A stretch of DNA of 64,000 bases from Amphiscolops sp. MND2022 (taxonomy: Eukaryota): the NCBI GenBank assembly GCA_964187785.1, contig OZ076413.1, positions 66,898,001 through 66,962,000 of the forward strand, given 5' to 3'. Positions within the stretch are counted from its first letter, which is position 1; each line of letters opens with the position of its first letter. The translations under genes and the position numbers were made by a program. The notes beneath the pieces are model-generated. The model saw only the letters and a list, made by a program, of their open reading frames with translations, made no database searches and was not told the DNA's origin. Of the stretch, positions 13,900 through 24,504 are shown piece after piece.

Positions 13900-16160
13900 A
13901 AAACTAACTTTTGCGAAAGAATCGAGAATCTATCATAATCTATCCAAAGATTCAATTCTATTACAATACAAGCTGAACCTAGAACATTCGTTAGGATAAA
14001 CTGATTGAGAAAATATTGCTCTGGAAAAGGGCTTTCAAAAATTTGTCGAAACTTTTCTCAACACGAGCAAACAATTTGCGCCAATGAGTTATTCGTGAAC
14101 GCGAAAACAACTGGATCAAAAACAAAACTAAACGCGAACTTAATAGACGTGATCACTTGTTTGAAAGTTGGTTGAGAAATCCATCTAATCGAGCCGAATC
14201 ATTGAAATAAAAGACACAAAAAGGAATAGGGTCAAAAATTTGATAAAGCAGAAAATATATAAAAGCAGAGGAAGAGAGAATATGTACGAAGATCCTTTGA
14301 TAATTGTCGCGATTTGAAATCATTTCATCGCCAATTGAATTCGATAACTGGAAAGTAACGATGCTGTGTATCCAAGTTTTACGGGAACAACTAATATCGA
14401 TATGTTCAATGATTTTTACGTTAACGTTGGTCCCAATATGCACGAAGTTATCCCGACAGAAAACCCGATCAATTTGAAAAGTGAAGTTCAATCAATGTTT
14501 CTAGAACCGACTAATGAAACCGAATTGGCAACAGTGATGAACAAACTGAAAAATAAAACATCCACAGGGCCCTATGGTATATCGAATAAATTACTCGAAC
14601 TAGCAGTACCGGCAATAGTAGCGCCTCTTAATACTCTCATCAATAGATGTTTCAGTGAATCCTATTTTCCAGACATTCTCAAGCTAGCTAAAGTGATTCC
14701 AGTATATAAAAACGATGACCCCCATGAAATCTCAAATTATAGACCTATCTCTGTGGTGTCCCCTATTGGAAAGATTGTACTTTACAAAAGAATAATTAAC
14801 TACATCAACAAGTTTGATCTACTTCATCCGAACCAATTTGGATTCCGTAAAAAGCATAAAACAGTAGACGCACTTGCGTGTGTAATAGAACAATTACCGC
14901 TGTGTATTGATGCTAAAAAACCGGCTTGTTGTATTTTCCTTGATCTCTCTAAAGCATTCGATAGCATCCACCATGACATATTGCTGTCCAAATTATTAAA
15001 TTATGGTTTTCGAGGGCCAGTACATAACCTTCTAAAATCATTATTGACAAACAGAAGCCAAATCGTTCAAATCGGCTCCTGTAGATGGGAACTGAAACAA
15101 TTAGTATGCGGTGTGCCACAGGAGTGTGTTGTAGGTCCATTAAAGTTCATTTTATATGTCAACGATTTACCTGACTTTGTACAATCAAATAACACAATGT
15201 TTGCTGATGATACTAATCTTTATCAAGTATTGCCCTCCTTCAATCTGATGCGTTTCAAAGAGATGCGCAAAATTGAACACTGGATGAATGGTAACACTCA
15301 AGTGCAACGTTGACAAATCTAAAGCACTAGTCTTTGCTAGTAAGGTATCAACCGATCCTAGCTTTGGAGAGCTGAACATCAAAATCTTTAACGAGCCGGA
15401 AGTATCTGGGAATCATATTGGGCAATAATCTTTCGTTCAGTGAACACGTGGCAAAAATCAAAAGTAAAGTACTTTTTTCCAACTACGTTGTATGGAGGTC
15501 ACGTGAGTTAACTAGATCGCAGATGATTTTATTTTACAAGTTACATATCAACCCCTCAATTCAATATGGAGTACTAATTTATAGATGCCCGTCTTATTCA
15601 AAGCTGAGTCCTATTCTCACGATACAGAAGCGAATAATAAGAACAATGTTCTTTTTGCCGAAATAAGCGAGTGTCAGTGAAAATATGCTTCGAAATGAAC
15701 TTCCCACTGTTTATGAGCTACATGTTTATGAATTATTGAAATTGACTTTGAATTGTCTTAGAGGCGAACTCTCATCGGCCATCGAAAGATCTTTTGCGTC
15801 TTCAGAGTGCCAACTATAGTCTACGATCAGTTAAAAGACAAGATGCCACAGTTCCATTTGGAAATATGAAGTTAGAACAATCTCTGTCCAAGAGAATTCC
15901 CTTGTTTTATTATAGAGTCAATGCTGATGCTGTCCCATCATTGGATATAATCAAGGATATGAGCGAGGTTCATGTGAGTAATTTCAAACATGAGTTTTGT
16001 AGAACCTTCATTTTGGGCCACAGCGACTTCGTTCAATCAATATTTGGACTCTCAAAAGTTAAATAATAGCTGAATGATATGATAACGTGCTAATAACGCT
16101 CAGAATCTCTCTGTAGTAGTCACTGCAGCCTGAACCGGGCTTAACCAACCCCGCACCTGC
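13900..16160 (+). pseudogene. 5'- and 3'-truncated LINE ORF2 fragment (tether, RT, start of 3' UTR), same family as the 32-36.6 kb LINE
   Basis: Near-colinear with 33930-36200 (YPSFT.TTNID.FN.FYVNVGPNMHEVIP, MFADDTNLYQ). Contains frameshifts. Confidence 0.9.
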
Positions 16161-17467
16161 TGACACGGAAGAACACCAAGTACGAATGTTGCAAGTTTTG
16201 ACAAAAAAGGCCTTTCGACCATGTTGTTTTTGAAAAATTCGTAGGATGATGAGTCATTGTCAATATTCAAGAATTTATCAGGCTCAATACTGAATTCATT
16301 CATTGTGAGAGTTACATTATCGGCTACTTCCATGTTAAACGCCATTTCCAAGTCTGTTACTTCAGCTTCCTTGGTTTTTTCAACAGATACCATTTGGTGC
16401 CTATTTGCAAGTTGTTTCAAAAATAGCTCGGCTCTTTTTGCTTCATCTTAGCTTAGAACGTGCCAGTTTGGAGGGATTAAACAGGCCAGCTGCAAGCATC
16501 ACGTCAGAGAAAGATTTGACTCTTCTATCGTATTCCATTAAACTCAAAAGCATCACACAATTTCTTGCGACTTGATGAACAACATTGTCAGTTACAGGCT
16601 GTGAACTTTCGAATACTTTCCATACTTTCCACATGGACCTGAGTCTGGAAAGAACCGCATACATATCGTCAATTGCGTTTGGATCAAGTTCCGAATAGGC
16701 CGATTACGTTGCTTCTCGTGCACGTTTTACATCAGGCTTGCTTTTCGCTAAATATTCGATTTGATTGTAATGACAATACGAGCGCGTGTCACAGCGCGGG
16801 TCCCTTGAACACTTTGCAAAAACAGTTGGAATAATTTAGACCGTCTTGTAGCTTCAATAATAACGAGATTGAGTCGGTGGGCTCCGCAACCAACAAACTG
16901 GGGGCCCAAATCAATTTGTGAGTTTTCTTGGCGATGCGGTCCAACGTAAAAGCAATCCTCTTCTGTCTCCTCTCCGTCATCCAGTATATCTGGCCATATT
17001 GATCTTCTAAAGTTCAGACAAGCTGCTATCATCGCAATGCAGTTATCCGACTGGTAAGCGAGACACATTCGTGGATCGAGTTTAACAGACTTCAGGCATT
17101 CTTCCAGCTCTACGGTCGTAACAATTGCTCGGATAGATTCTACGCTTTTGAATTCAATCACTTGAGCTACTTGATTGAATTTTCATCGATAAAAGAAACC
17201 AAAATGATTAAATATGTATTTCGACTTGCATCCGTCCAATGATCAAGTTGAACTCCGTAATGAGTCGCCTTTTTCACTCGATCGAGGATCCTCTGTTTCA
17301 GTAATTTGGGTGGTTCCGTTAATATGGCGCATTGCACCGGTCGTGAAATTCACATCCATTACACGGAGTAAATCTTTGCAGCATAATTTACAGCGATAAT
17401 CTTTATTAGGCACTCTTAGAAACCCAGACATTAATTTAATTCTCTTGGGAGAACGCGGAGGCGACAT
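16160..17467 (-). pseudogene. hAT transposase relic, copy 1 (C-terminally truncated)
   Basis: BED finger YRCKLCC..TTGAMRH; AYQSDNC (catalytic-D region); CGAHRLNL (CxxH motif); start of the dimerization domain RPFLSKLATFVLGVLP. Confidence 0.8.
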
Positions 17468-17469
17468 GG

Positions 17470-19880
17470 CAAATCGTTCAAATTGGCTCCTGTAGATGGG
17501 AACTGAAACAATTAGTATGCGGTGTGCCACAGGAGTGTGTTGTAGGTCCATTAAAGTTCATTTTATATGTCAACGATTTACCTGACTTTGTACAATCAAA
17601 TAACACAATGTTTGCTGATGATACTAATCTTTATCAAGAATTGCCCTCCTTCAATCTGATGCGTTTCAAAGAGATGCGCAAAATTGAACACTGGATGAAT
17701 GGTAACACTCAAGTGCAACGTTGACAAATCTAAAGCACTAGTCTTTGCTAGTAAGGTATCAACCGATCCTAGCTTTGGAGAGCTGAGCATCAAAATCTCT
17801 AACGAGCCGGAAGTATCTGGGAATCATATTGGGCAATAATCTTTCGTTCAGTGAACACGTGGCAAAAATCAAAAGTAAAGTACTTTTTTCCAACTACGTT
17901 GTATGGAGGTCAGGTGAGTTAACTAGATAGCAGATGATTTTATTTTACAAGTTACATATCAACCCCTCAATTCAATATGGAGTACTAATTTATAGATGCC
18001 CGCCTTATTCAAAGCTGAGTCCTATTCTCACGATACAGAAGCGAATAATAAGAACAATGTTCTTTTTGCCGAAATAAGCGAGTGTCAGTGAAAATATGCT
18101 TCGAAATGAACTTCCCACTGTTTATGAGCTACATGTTTATGAATTATTGAAATTGACTTTGAATTGTCTTAGAGGCGAACTCTCATCGGCCATCGAAAGA
18201 TCTTTTGCGTTTTCAGAGTGCCAACTATAGTCTACGATCAGTAAAAAGACAAGATGCCACAGTTCCATTTGGAAATATGAAGTTAGAACAATCTCTGTCC
18301 AAGAGAATTCCCTCATTTTATTATAGACTCAATGCTGATGCTGTCCCATCATTGGATATAATCAAGGATATGAGCGAGGTTCATGTGAGTAATTTCAAAC
18401 ATGAGTTTTGTAGAACCTTCATTTTGGGCCACAGCGACTTCGTTCAATCAATATTTGGACTCTCAAAAGTTAAATAATAGCTGAATGATATGATAACGTG
18501 CTAATAACGCTCAGAATCTCCCTGTAGTAGTCACTGCAGCCTGAACCGGGCTTAACCAACCCCGCACCTGCTGACACGGAAGAACACCAAGTACGAATGT
18601 TGCAAGTTTTGACAAAAAAGGCCTTTCGACCATGTTGTTTTTGAAAAATTCGTAGGATGATGAGTCATTGTCAATATTCAAGAATTTATCAGGCTCAATA
18701 TTGAATTCATTCATTGTGAGAGTTACATTATCGGCTACTTCCATGTCAAACGCCATTTCCAAGTCTGTCACTTCAGCTTCCTTGGTTTTTTCAACAGATA
18801 CCATTTGGTGCCTATTTGCAAGTTGTTTCAAAAATAGCTCGGCTCTTTTTGCTTCATCTTAGCTTAGAACGTGCCAGTTTGGAGGGATTAAACAGGCCAG
18901 CTGCAAGCATCACGTCAGAGAAAGATTTGACTCTTCTATCGCATTCCATTAAACTCAAAAGCATCACACAATTTCTTGCGACTTGATGAACAACATTGTC
19001 ATTTACAGGCTGTGAACTTTCGAATACTTTCCATACTTTCCACATGGACCTGAGTCTGGAAAGAACCGCATACTTATCGTCAATTGCGTTTGGATCAAGT
19101 TCCGAATAGGCCGATTACGTTGCTTCTCGTGCACGTTGTACATCAGGCTTGCTTTTCGCTAAATATTCGATTTGATTGTAATGACAATACGAGCGCGTGT
19201 CACAGCGCGGGTCCCTTGAACACTTTGCAAAAACAGTTGGAATAATTTAGACCGTCTTGTAGCTTCAATAATAACGAGATTGAGTCGGTGGGCTCCGCAA
19301 CCAACAAACTGGGGGCCCAAATCAATTTGTGAGTTTTCTTGGCGATGCGGTCCAACGTAAAAGCAATCCTCTTCTGTCTCCTCTCCGTCATCCAGTATAT
19401 CTGGCCATATTGATCTTCTAAAGTTCAGACAAGCTGCTATCATCGCAATGCAGTTATCCGACTGGTAAGCGAGACACATTCGTGGATCGAGTTTAACGGA
19501 CTTCAGGCATTCTTCCAGCTCTACGGTCGTAACAATTGCTCGGATAGATTCTACGCTTTTGAATTCAATCACTTGAGCTACTTGATTGAATTTTCATCGA
19601 TAAAAGAAACCAAAATGATTAAATATGTATTTCGACTTGCATCCGTCCAATGATCAAGTTGAACTCCGTAATGAGTCGCCTTTTTCACTCGATCGAGGAT
19701 CCTCTGTTTCAGTAATTTGGGTGGTTCCGTTAATATGGCGCATTGCACCGGTCGTGAAATTCACATCCATTACACGGAGTAAATCTTTGCAGCATAATTT
19801 ACAGCGATAATCTTTATTAGGCACTCTTAGAAACCCAGACATTAATTTAATTCTCTTGGGAGAACGCGGAGGCGACATGG
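17470..19880. repeat. Second unit of a 2411-bp tandem duplication (first unit 15059-17469), containing LINE 3' part and hAT transposase copy 2 (ATG 19878)
   Basis: ORF pairs offset by exactly 2411 bp (16100/18511, 16748/19159, 17214/19625). Junction microhomology CAAAT at 15059, 17470 and 19881. Confidence 0.95.
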
Positions 19881-20388
19881 CAAATTAAATTCAATGTATG
19901 TTGATAGTCAATGTAAGTTGAAACGTCAATGGTATTTAACTGCTCGGTCAATTTGTAAAGCAGTCAATTACGTTAAACATCATTTGGATTACTCGATTAT
20001 GATTGGTCAATAATAGCGGCATCATAGAATTCTATTATAGAAATTCCAAATATGTTCATATTATAGCCGCTATAATAGTTGCTGCCGGTTTAATAACATA
20101 GCGTTTAATATAGCATTGCTATAATAGAATTTCGAGCTATGGTCATCTGTGACTTGGTGGTAATATACAAGTAATCGAAAGTGATTTAAGCAAGCTACAA
20201 AATAGTTTGCAAAACTGATTATGTAGTGCCTTTACAAATTGATTGATGTTTGTTGAAGCATTTTTTGATTACCTCCAAAACTCGGCGTTTCGAACAAAGA
20301 TGGGTTCAGTTCAATTTCAGTTTCTACAATAAGGGGTCCCATTCTTTTATTACAGTATGGTCCATATGATTTATACAGTCCTGTAATG

Positions 20389-20933
20389 AACAAGCTGGGA
20401 ACGGCCCAAGTCGGCGCCATATCTAAGGCTCAAAAATAGCAAACGGACTTCAATGTGTCAAGTATTCTCTTCTACAGTACCCGCTTGAGGAAAAAATTGA
20501 AAAATAATTCCAATTTATTTTGATTTTTTATTTTGGATTTTTTCGATTTTTTTTTGGTCTCCGGTAAGTCGCATAGTGCCGAAAAATGTAAAAGGGGGGC
20601 CTTTGGGAGTTTTTGAACATCCATTGTTTTGCAAAATAGGAAAAAAATGAAGGGGGGCCTTTGGAGACATTCAAAAAATTTGCGAAAAAAAGTCTCACAA
20701 AGCCGAAAAAACCTGCACAAAAATATTTTGGTCATGGGCGGGACTCGAACCCACGTCCTTCTGCTTGGCAGACATCAAAAACTATCCTAATTAACCTCTA
20801 TGCTAAGTGGCAGTAGAAGTTACAAGTGTGGCAGTTAGTGGACGCAGCTTATAAAGCTTATGAAATCTGTCAGTTCGTTGGTCTTAAAAAAGTCACTACT
20901 ATAGTCTGCGTTTTTCTACGAAAAGCGCCGACT
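20389..20933. mobile_element. Helentron/DINE-1-like non-autonomous element containing a tRNA-like cassette; partial second copy at about 21338-21640
   Basis: Starts AACAAGCTGGGAACGGCCCAAGTCGGCGC. Sub-terminal inverted repeat AGTCGGCGC (20409) / GCGCCGACT (20925). Terminal hairpin GCGTTTTTC-TAC-GAAAAGCGC. Shared blocks with 21338-21640. Confidence 0.5.
20730..20812 (-). other. tRNA-derived (Gly-GCC-like) pseudo-tRNA / SINE-type head
   Basis: On the minus strand: A box TAGCATAGAGG, loop CTGCCAA, T-arm GTGGG-TTCGAGT-CCCGC with B box. The cloverleaf is imperfect. Confidence 0.5.
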
Positions 20934-21950
20934 AAAAAATGGAACCCCTGTTCGACAATAAAGTTTGCAACGCTTGATAATTTCCCTAATATCTCAAAAA
21001 CGATCAATTTTTCCTAAACATGATAGATTAAAAAGTTTCTCTAGTATACATTCCTCTTTAAATTTGGAAGTCCTAGCATTAGTACGAGACAAGTTTGCAA
21101 AGAACAATTTTTAGACGTAAAATTTTGCAAATCCAGTTGATGAGTCTAAATTAAAAGCAAAAGCTAGTCATTAATTACTTTTCTACATTGTTCAAGATGC
21201 CCATCATTGACTAATCAAACTCAAAATTTTTGAGCTCCCTAGTGTTAACATGTAAAAAGGTTATAACAAATTCGAGGTCTTAGTTCTATACTGATAATAA
21301 TCTTAATCCATGTGCTGGAAATTTCTTCAAAGTGGAAGGACTTCAAAGTGTCAAGTATTCTCTTCTACAGTACCCGCATGAGGAAAAAATTGAAAAAATC
21401 TCATTTTTTTTCGAAGTTTTCTTCAAAATTTTTTTGGTCTCCGATAAGTCGCATAGTGCCAAAAAATGTAAAAGAGACCTCAAAAAAGCCTAATTAACCT
21501 CTATTTCAAGTGCCAGTAGAAGTAGTGTGGCATTTAGTGTTAGTTCAAGTCAGCTTATAAAGCTTATAAAATCTGTCAGTTCGTTGGTCTCAAAAAAAGT
21601 CACTACTATAGTCTGCGTTTTTCTACGAAAAGCGCCGACTAAAAAACCCAATCAAAATTGTTTCTAAAACACGATAATCGAAAACTTGATTGCAGAAAAA
21701 ATTTTAATCCTTATACATAGATAGGTGTTATAGACTTAATTACGCAATATTTGTCATAAAGTTCCAACCAAACACGAATGCGAACTAGATTGAATTTCAA
21801 GAAACTTCCAACAACTACATTCTCATGATGATCGATAGTTTGAGATATTAGCAGAGAAAAAGACTTCCAAACAATATTATCACAAAGGGGTACCATTCTT
21901 TATCACAAGACTATGTGTAGTAGAATATGTGAGGTAATTACAATAATCAC

Positions 21951-22106
21951 CTTCTGGTGGCTGTTTTGACGAGGTGCTCCGTGTCCACTTCTTGGCTGAA
22001 GGGAGAGTCTGCGATGGCCTGTTCGATCAGCTTGCCCGTGTCCTCGGTCTCAGCCCCGTCGTACACAAACTCCTTCCGGTTGCCATCGGGATCCACTCTG
22101 ATGATC
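21951..22106 (-). CDS. Host gene exon 5: (R)IIRVDPDGNRKEFVYDGAETEDTGKLIEQAIADSPFSQEVDTEHLVKTATR
   Basis: Acceptor GTTGTGTTGGTAG, donor AAG|GTGATT. 156 nt, phase 2-2, open frame, GC-rich. Confidence 0.75.
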
Positions 22107-22676
22107 CTACCAACACAACAACCACACTTCTATTGTCTTTATTTGTTATTGATTCAAGTTTCTCGGGCTCGTTTGAAGAGCAACAGCCATTCAATTAAAG
22201 ACTGTTGATAAACAATCCATTGCTATTTTTAGTTTATTTACCAACAAGTACCTGGTTTTGCATTAAAAGCTAGATACCATTATAGTAAACTTTGAGCTAC
22301 AGTAAACGTTACTCTTTTATCTCTTTTCCTTGACAAGCTATTCTATCAGAATGCTATATGGCGCAGTCAGCAATTTGAACTTCAAATTAAAGAATTCGAA
22401 GAGCGAAATTGTGAAATGGAAAGTTAAGAGAACAACACAGCGGGAGAAACAAGCAATAGCCGAATACTCCCGAACAATTCAACGATGAGATCAGTAGAAC
22501 GGACATAAACACGAAAGCTGCCCATTCCGATCCTGTCTGCAACTGCGACAAATTCAAAACGTTTATTCCTTTCGACGAACTTTTACAGGTTTCTCAAATT
22601 AAACCTCATGTTAGTTTTTTTCTCAAAAGAAACACTATCCTAGTATGTTTCAGAGAAAACATTCAACAGCATCTGT

Positions 22677-23098
22677 TGTTGCAGCAGCAAGGTCGTTAAT
22701 TCAAAGTGAGCAAATAACAAGGCCAAATAGCTCAGTTTGTTAGAGCACCTGTTTGTTAGAGTCTCGGGACCATAAGATCGCTGGTTCGATTCCCCGAAGG
22801 TTCAACATAATTGATGTATTTCGATGAAAATGTGAACTTTTTACCTTTAAATACCTCAAAATAACCTTGAAAATATTGCATAAAAAGGTCTTGCTATCTT
22901 GTTTATCGTTGTTTAATGTTGTTGACATAAATTTATTAATTATTATTGCTCTTTTGCCTGTCAAAGGCATAATTTTGAACATGGTAAAGAAGACATTTGC
23001 CTCGTTTTATAGCCGATATCAAAGGTATCCAAAAACATTGTTTGGATCGTCTCGTTTCTTAGAAGGAACATTAGAAGCCGAATTCTAAAGTTCTTTCA
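22677..23098 (+). repeat. 5' LTR (422 bp)
   Basis: TGTTGCAGCAGCAA...AAGTTCTTTCA; similar to the 3' LTR with scattered substitutions and small indels. Confidence 0.92.
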
Positions 23099-23120
23099 TG
23101 GTGGCCATAGAGAGGCTCGA
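23099..23120 (+). promoter_or_regulatory. Primer-binding site
   Basis: TGGTGGCCATAGAGAGGCTCGA directly after the LTR. The reverse complement reads as a tRNA 3' end: TCGAGC-CTCTC-TATGGCC-A-CCA. Confidence 0.8.
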
Positions 23121-24504
23121 TGAAAAACAATAAATGGCCATTCAGTTATAAACGTGCTACACATACACTTTGATGCTTTTGATTTCATTTGCCTTAATTG
23201 AAGAAGATTCTCGAATAGAATTATATTTCTGGTAAACGAAACCGATGTTCCCTGCCGATTCTTTCCAATATTCGATTCTTTCGGAATCTGTGTTCCCATC
23301 TAAAAGTGTGATTTCAAGACTTCTGTCACATGAATGATATAATGTTCACGTGAACAACACTGCCACGGTTATTGGTTAATATCTGGAGGTTATTAAAAAG
23401 TTTTGACTTCATTCCAAATTTCTTCACGTGGAACATGTTCGTGGACGGGGATCACAGTTTGTTAAATGACTTCTACTGATGACCCTTCCCTGTCTGGATT
23501 CGTTTAATGCTGCTTCTGCCAAACCAAACAAGTTGTTCCAATCTATCCATTCTCCATGCATGCGGTCTTTAGTGTTTATATTCATGATCAAAACTGCCAT
23601 TCAATTTATATGCGTTCAATTTCTCAATCCACTTCTAAACTGCACTAAAAGTGGCATGTGAGGACAACCCGTGACCTAAGTGGGCGACTCGTGCACCATC
23701 ATCCCTGACCCCTGAATCCTGGAATTTCAACCCTGATCCTGGATGCTCACCCCTGTCCCCTGGAAGCTTGTTCCTCACCCCTGGACCCACTACACCCCCC
23801 GAAGGTGAACCCTACAGCAAACCCCGAAACCCAGAAAGTGCGAGAAGCCCAGAAGGTACCCCACCCCAAACAACAAATTTGTTCTAACAAATTCAATTGA
23901 AGAAACTTTGATGTGTGTTTTATTTAGTCGATAGCAAGCACTAAAAAAGAAACAAACGAATGATCAAAAATTACCGTGATATACCGTGAAAAGAAAACGT
24001 GATTTAGTGTGAATTCTTCTAATTTGATTGTGGAATTAAGGTGAAATAGTGTAAATTTTTGTGAACTACCTCAAAAAAGAAACTTTGCTCGCAAAACTGA
24101 ATGGTTCTAATATTAGCTGCTTGTTCTTTGCACCACCCAATTGAAACTTTAAACCCCAAAGATCAAAAAGCTTCTAAAGAAAAAGTACCAAATTACTGCC
24201 CGCAGTCGCCCCAAACGTCCCTCTAAACGCGCCCGTAAGGCGATAAAAACCCAGGCACTTGCTGCTGATAAGTGACTTCCCTCTTCCTCTCTGTGTTGTG
24301 GCCGCGTCCGGACTTCATTGTCTGGTTGACGCTGCAACCAGTAAAAGTTTTTTCTATGTTGTGTCCGAGCTACACTGCTCGGTTGATTCACAGAAAGAAC
24401 CCTCCTCCCGTAAACAAGCAGCAGTGCATCCGTCCTTCTAATCATCTGTACGTCGTGCAGATCGTCGTGATCATCCTCTTAACCCAAACAAAAAAAAGCA
24501 AAAT

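Larger units (their letters stand above)
13683..20151 (-). mobile_element. hAT DNA transposon carrying a LINE fragment and an internal 2411-bp tandem duplication
   Basis: TIRs CAGAGATGACC (13683) and GGTCATCTGTG (20141-20151), 10/11 match. 8-bp TSD ACTTAGTG / ACTTGGTG. ATAGAATT subterminal motifs at both ends. Transposase relic on the minus strand. Confidence 0.85.

Noticed and set aside
16100-16160. TTTERF as the hAT catalytic ERxFS motif
   Set aside because: It is antisense LINE 3' UTR. The duplicate and the 36-kb LINE read GRF, so the resemblance is coincidental.
22721-22805. Functional tRNA gene in the LTRs
   Set aside because: The anticodon loop is 6 nt with a broken stem and the T-stem is mismatched; the 5' copy also has a ~10-nt insertion. 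Kept only as tRNA-like.
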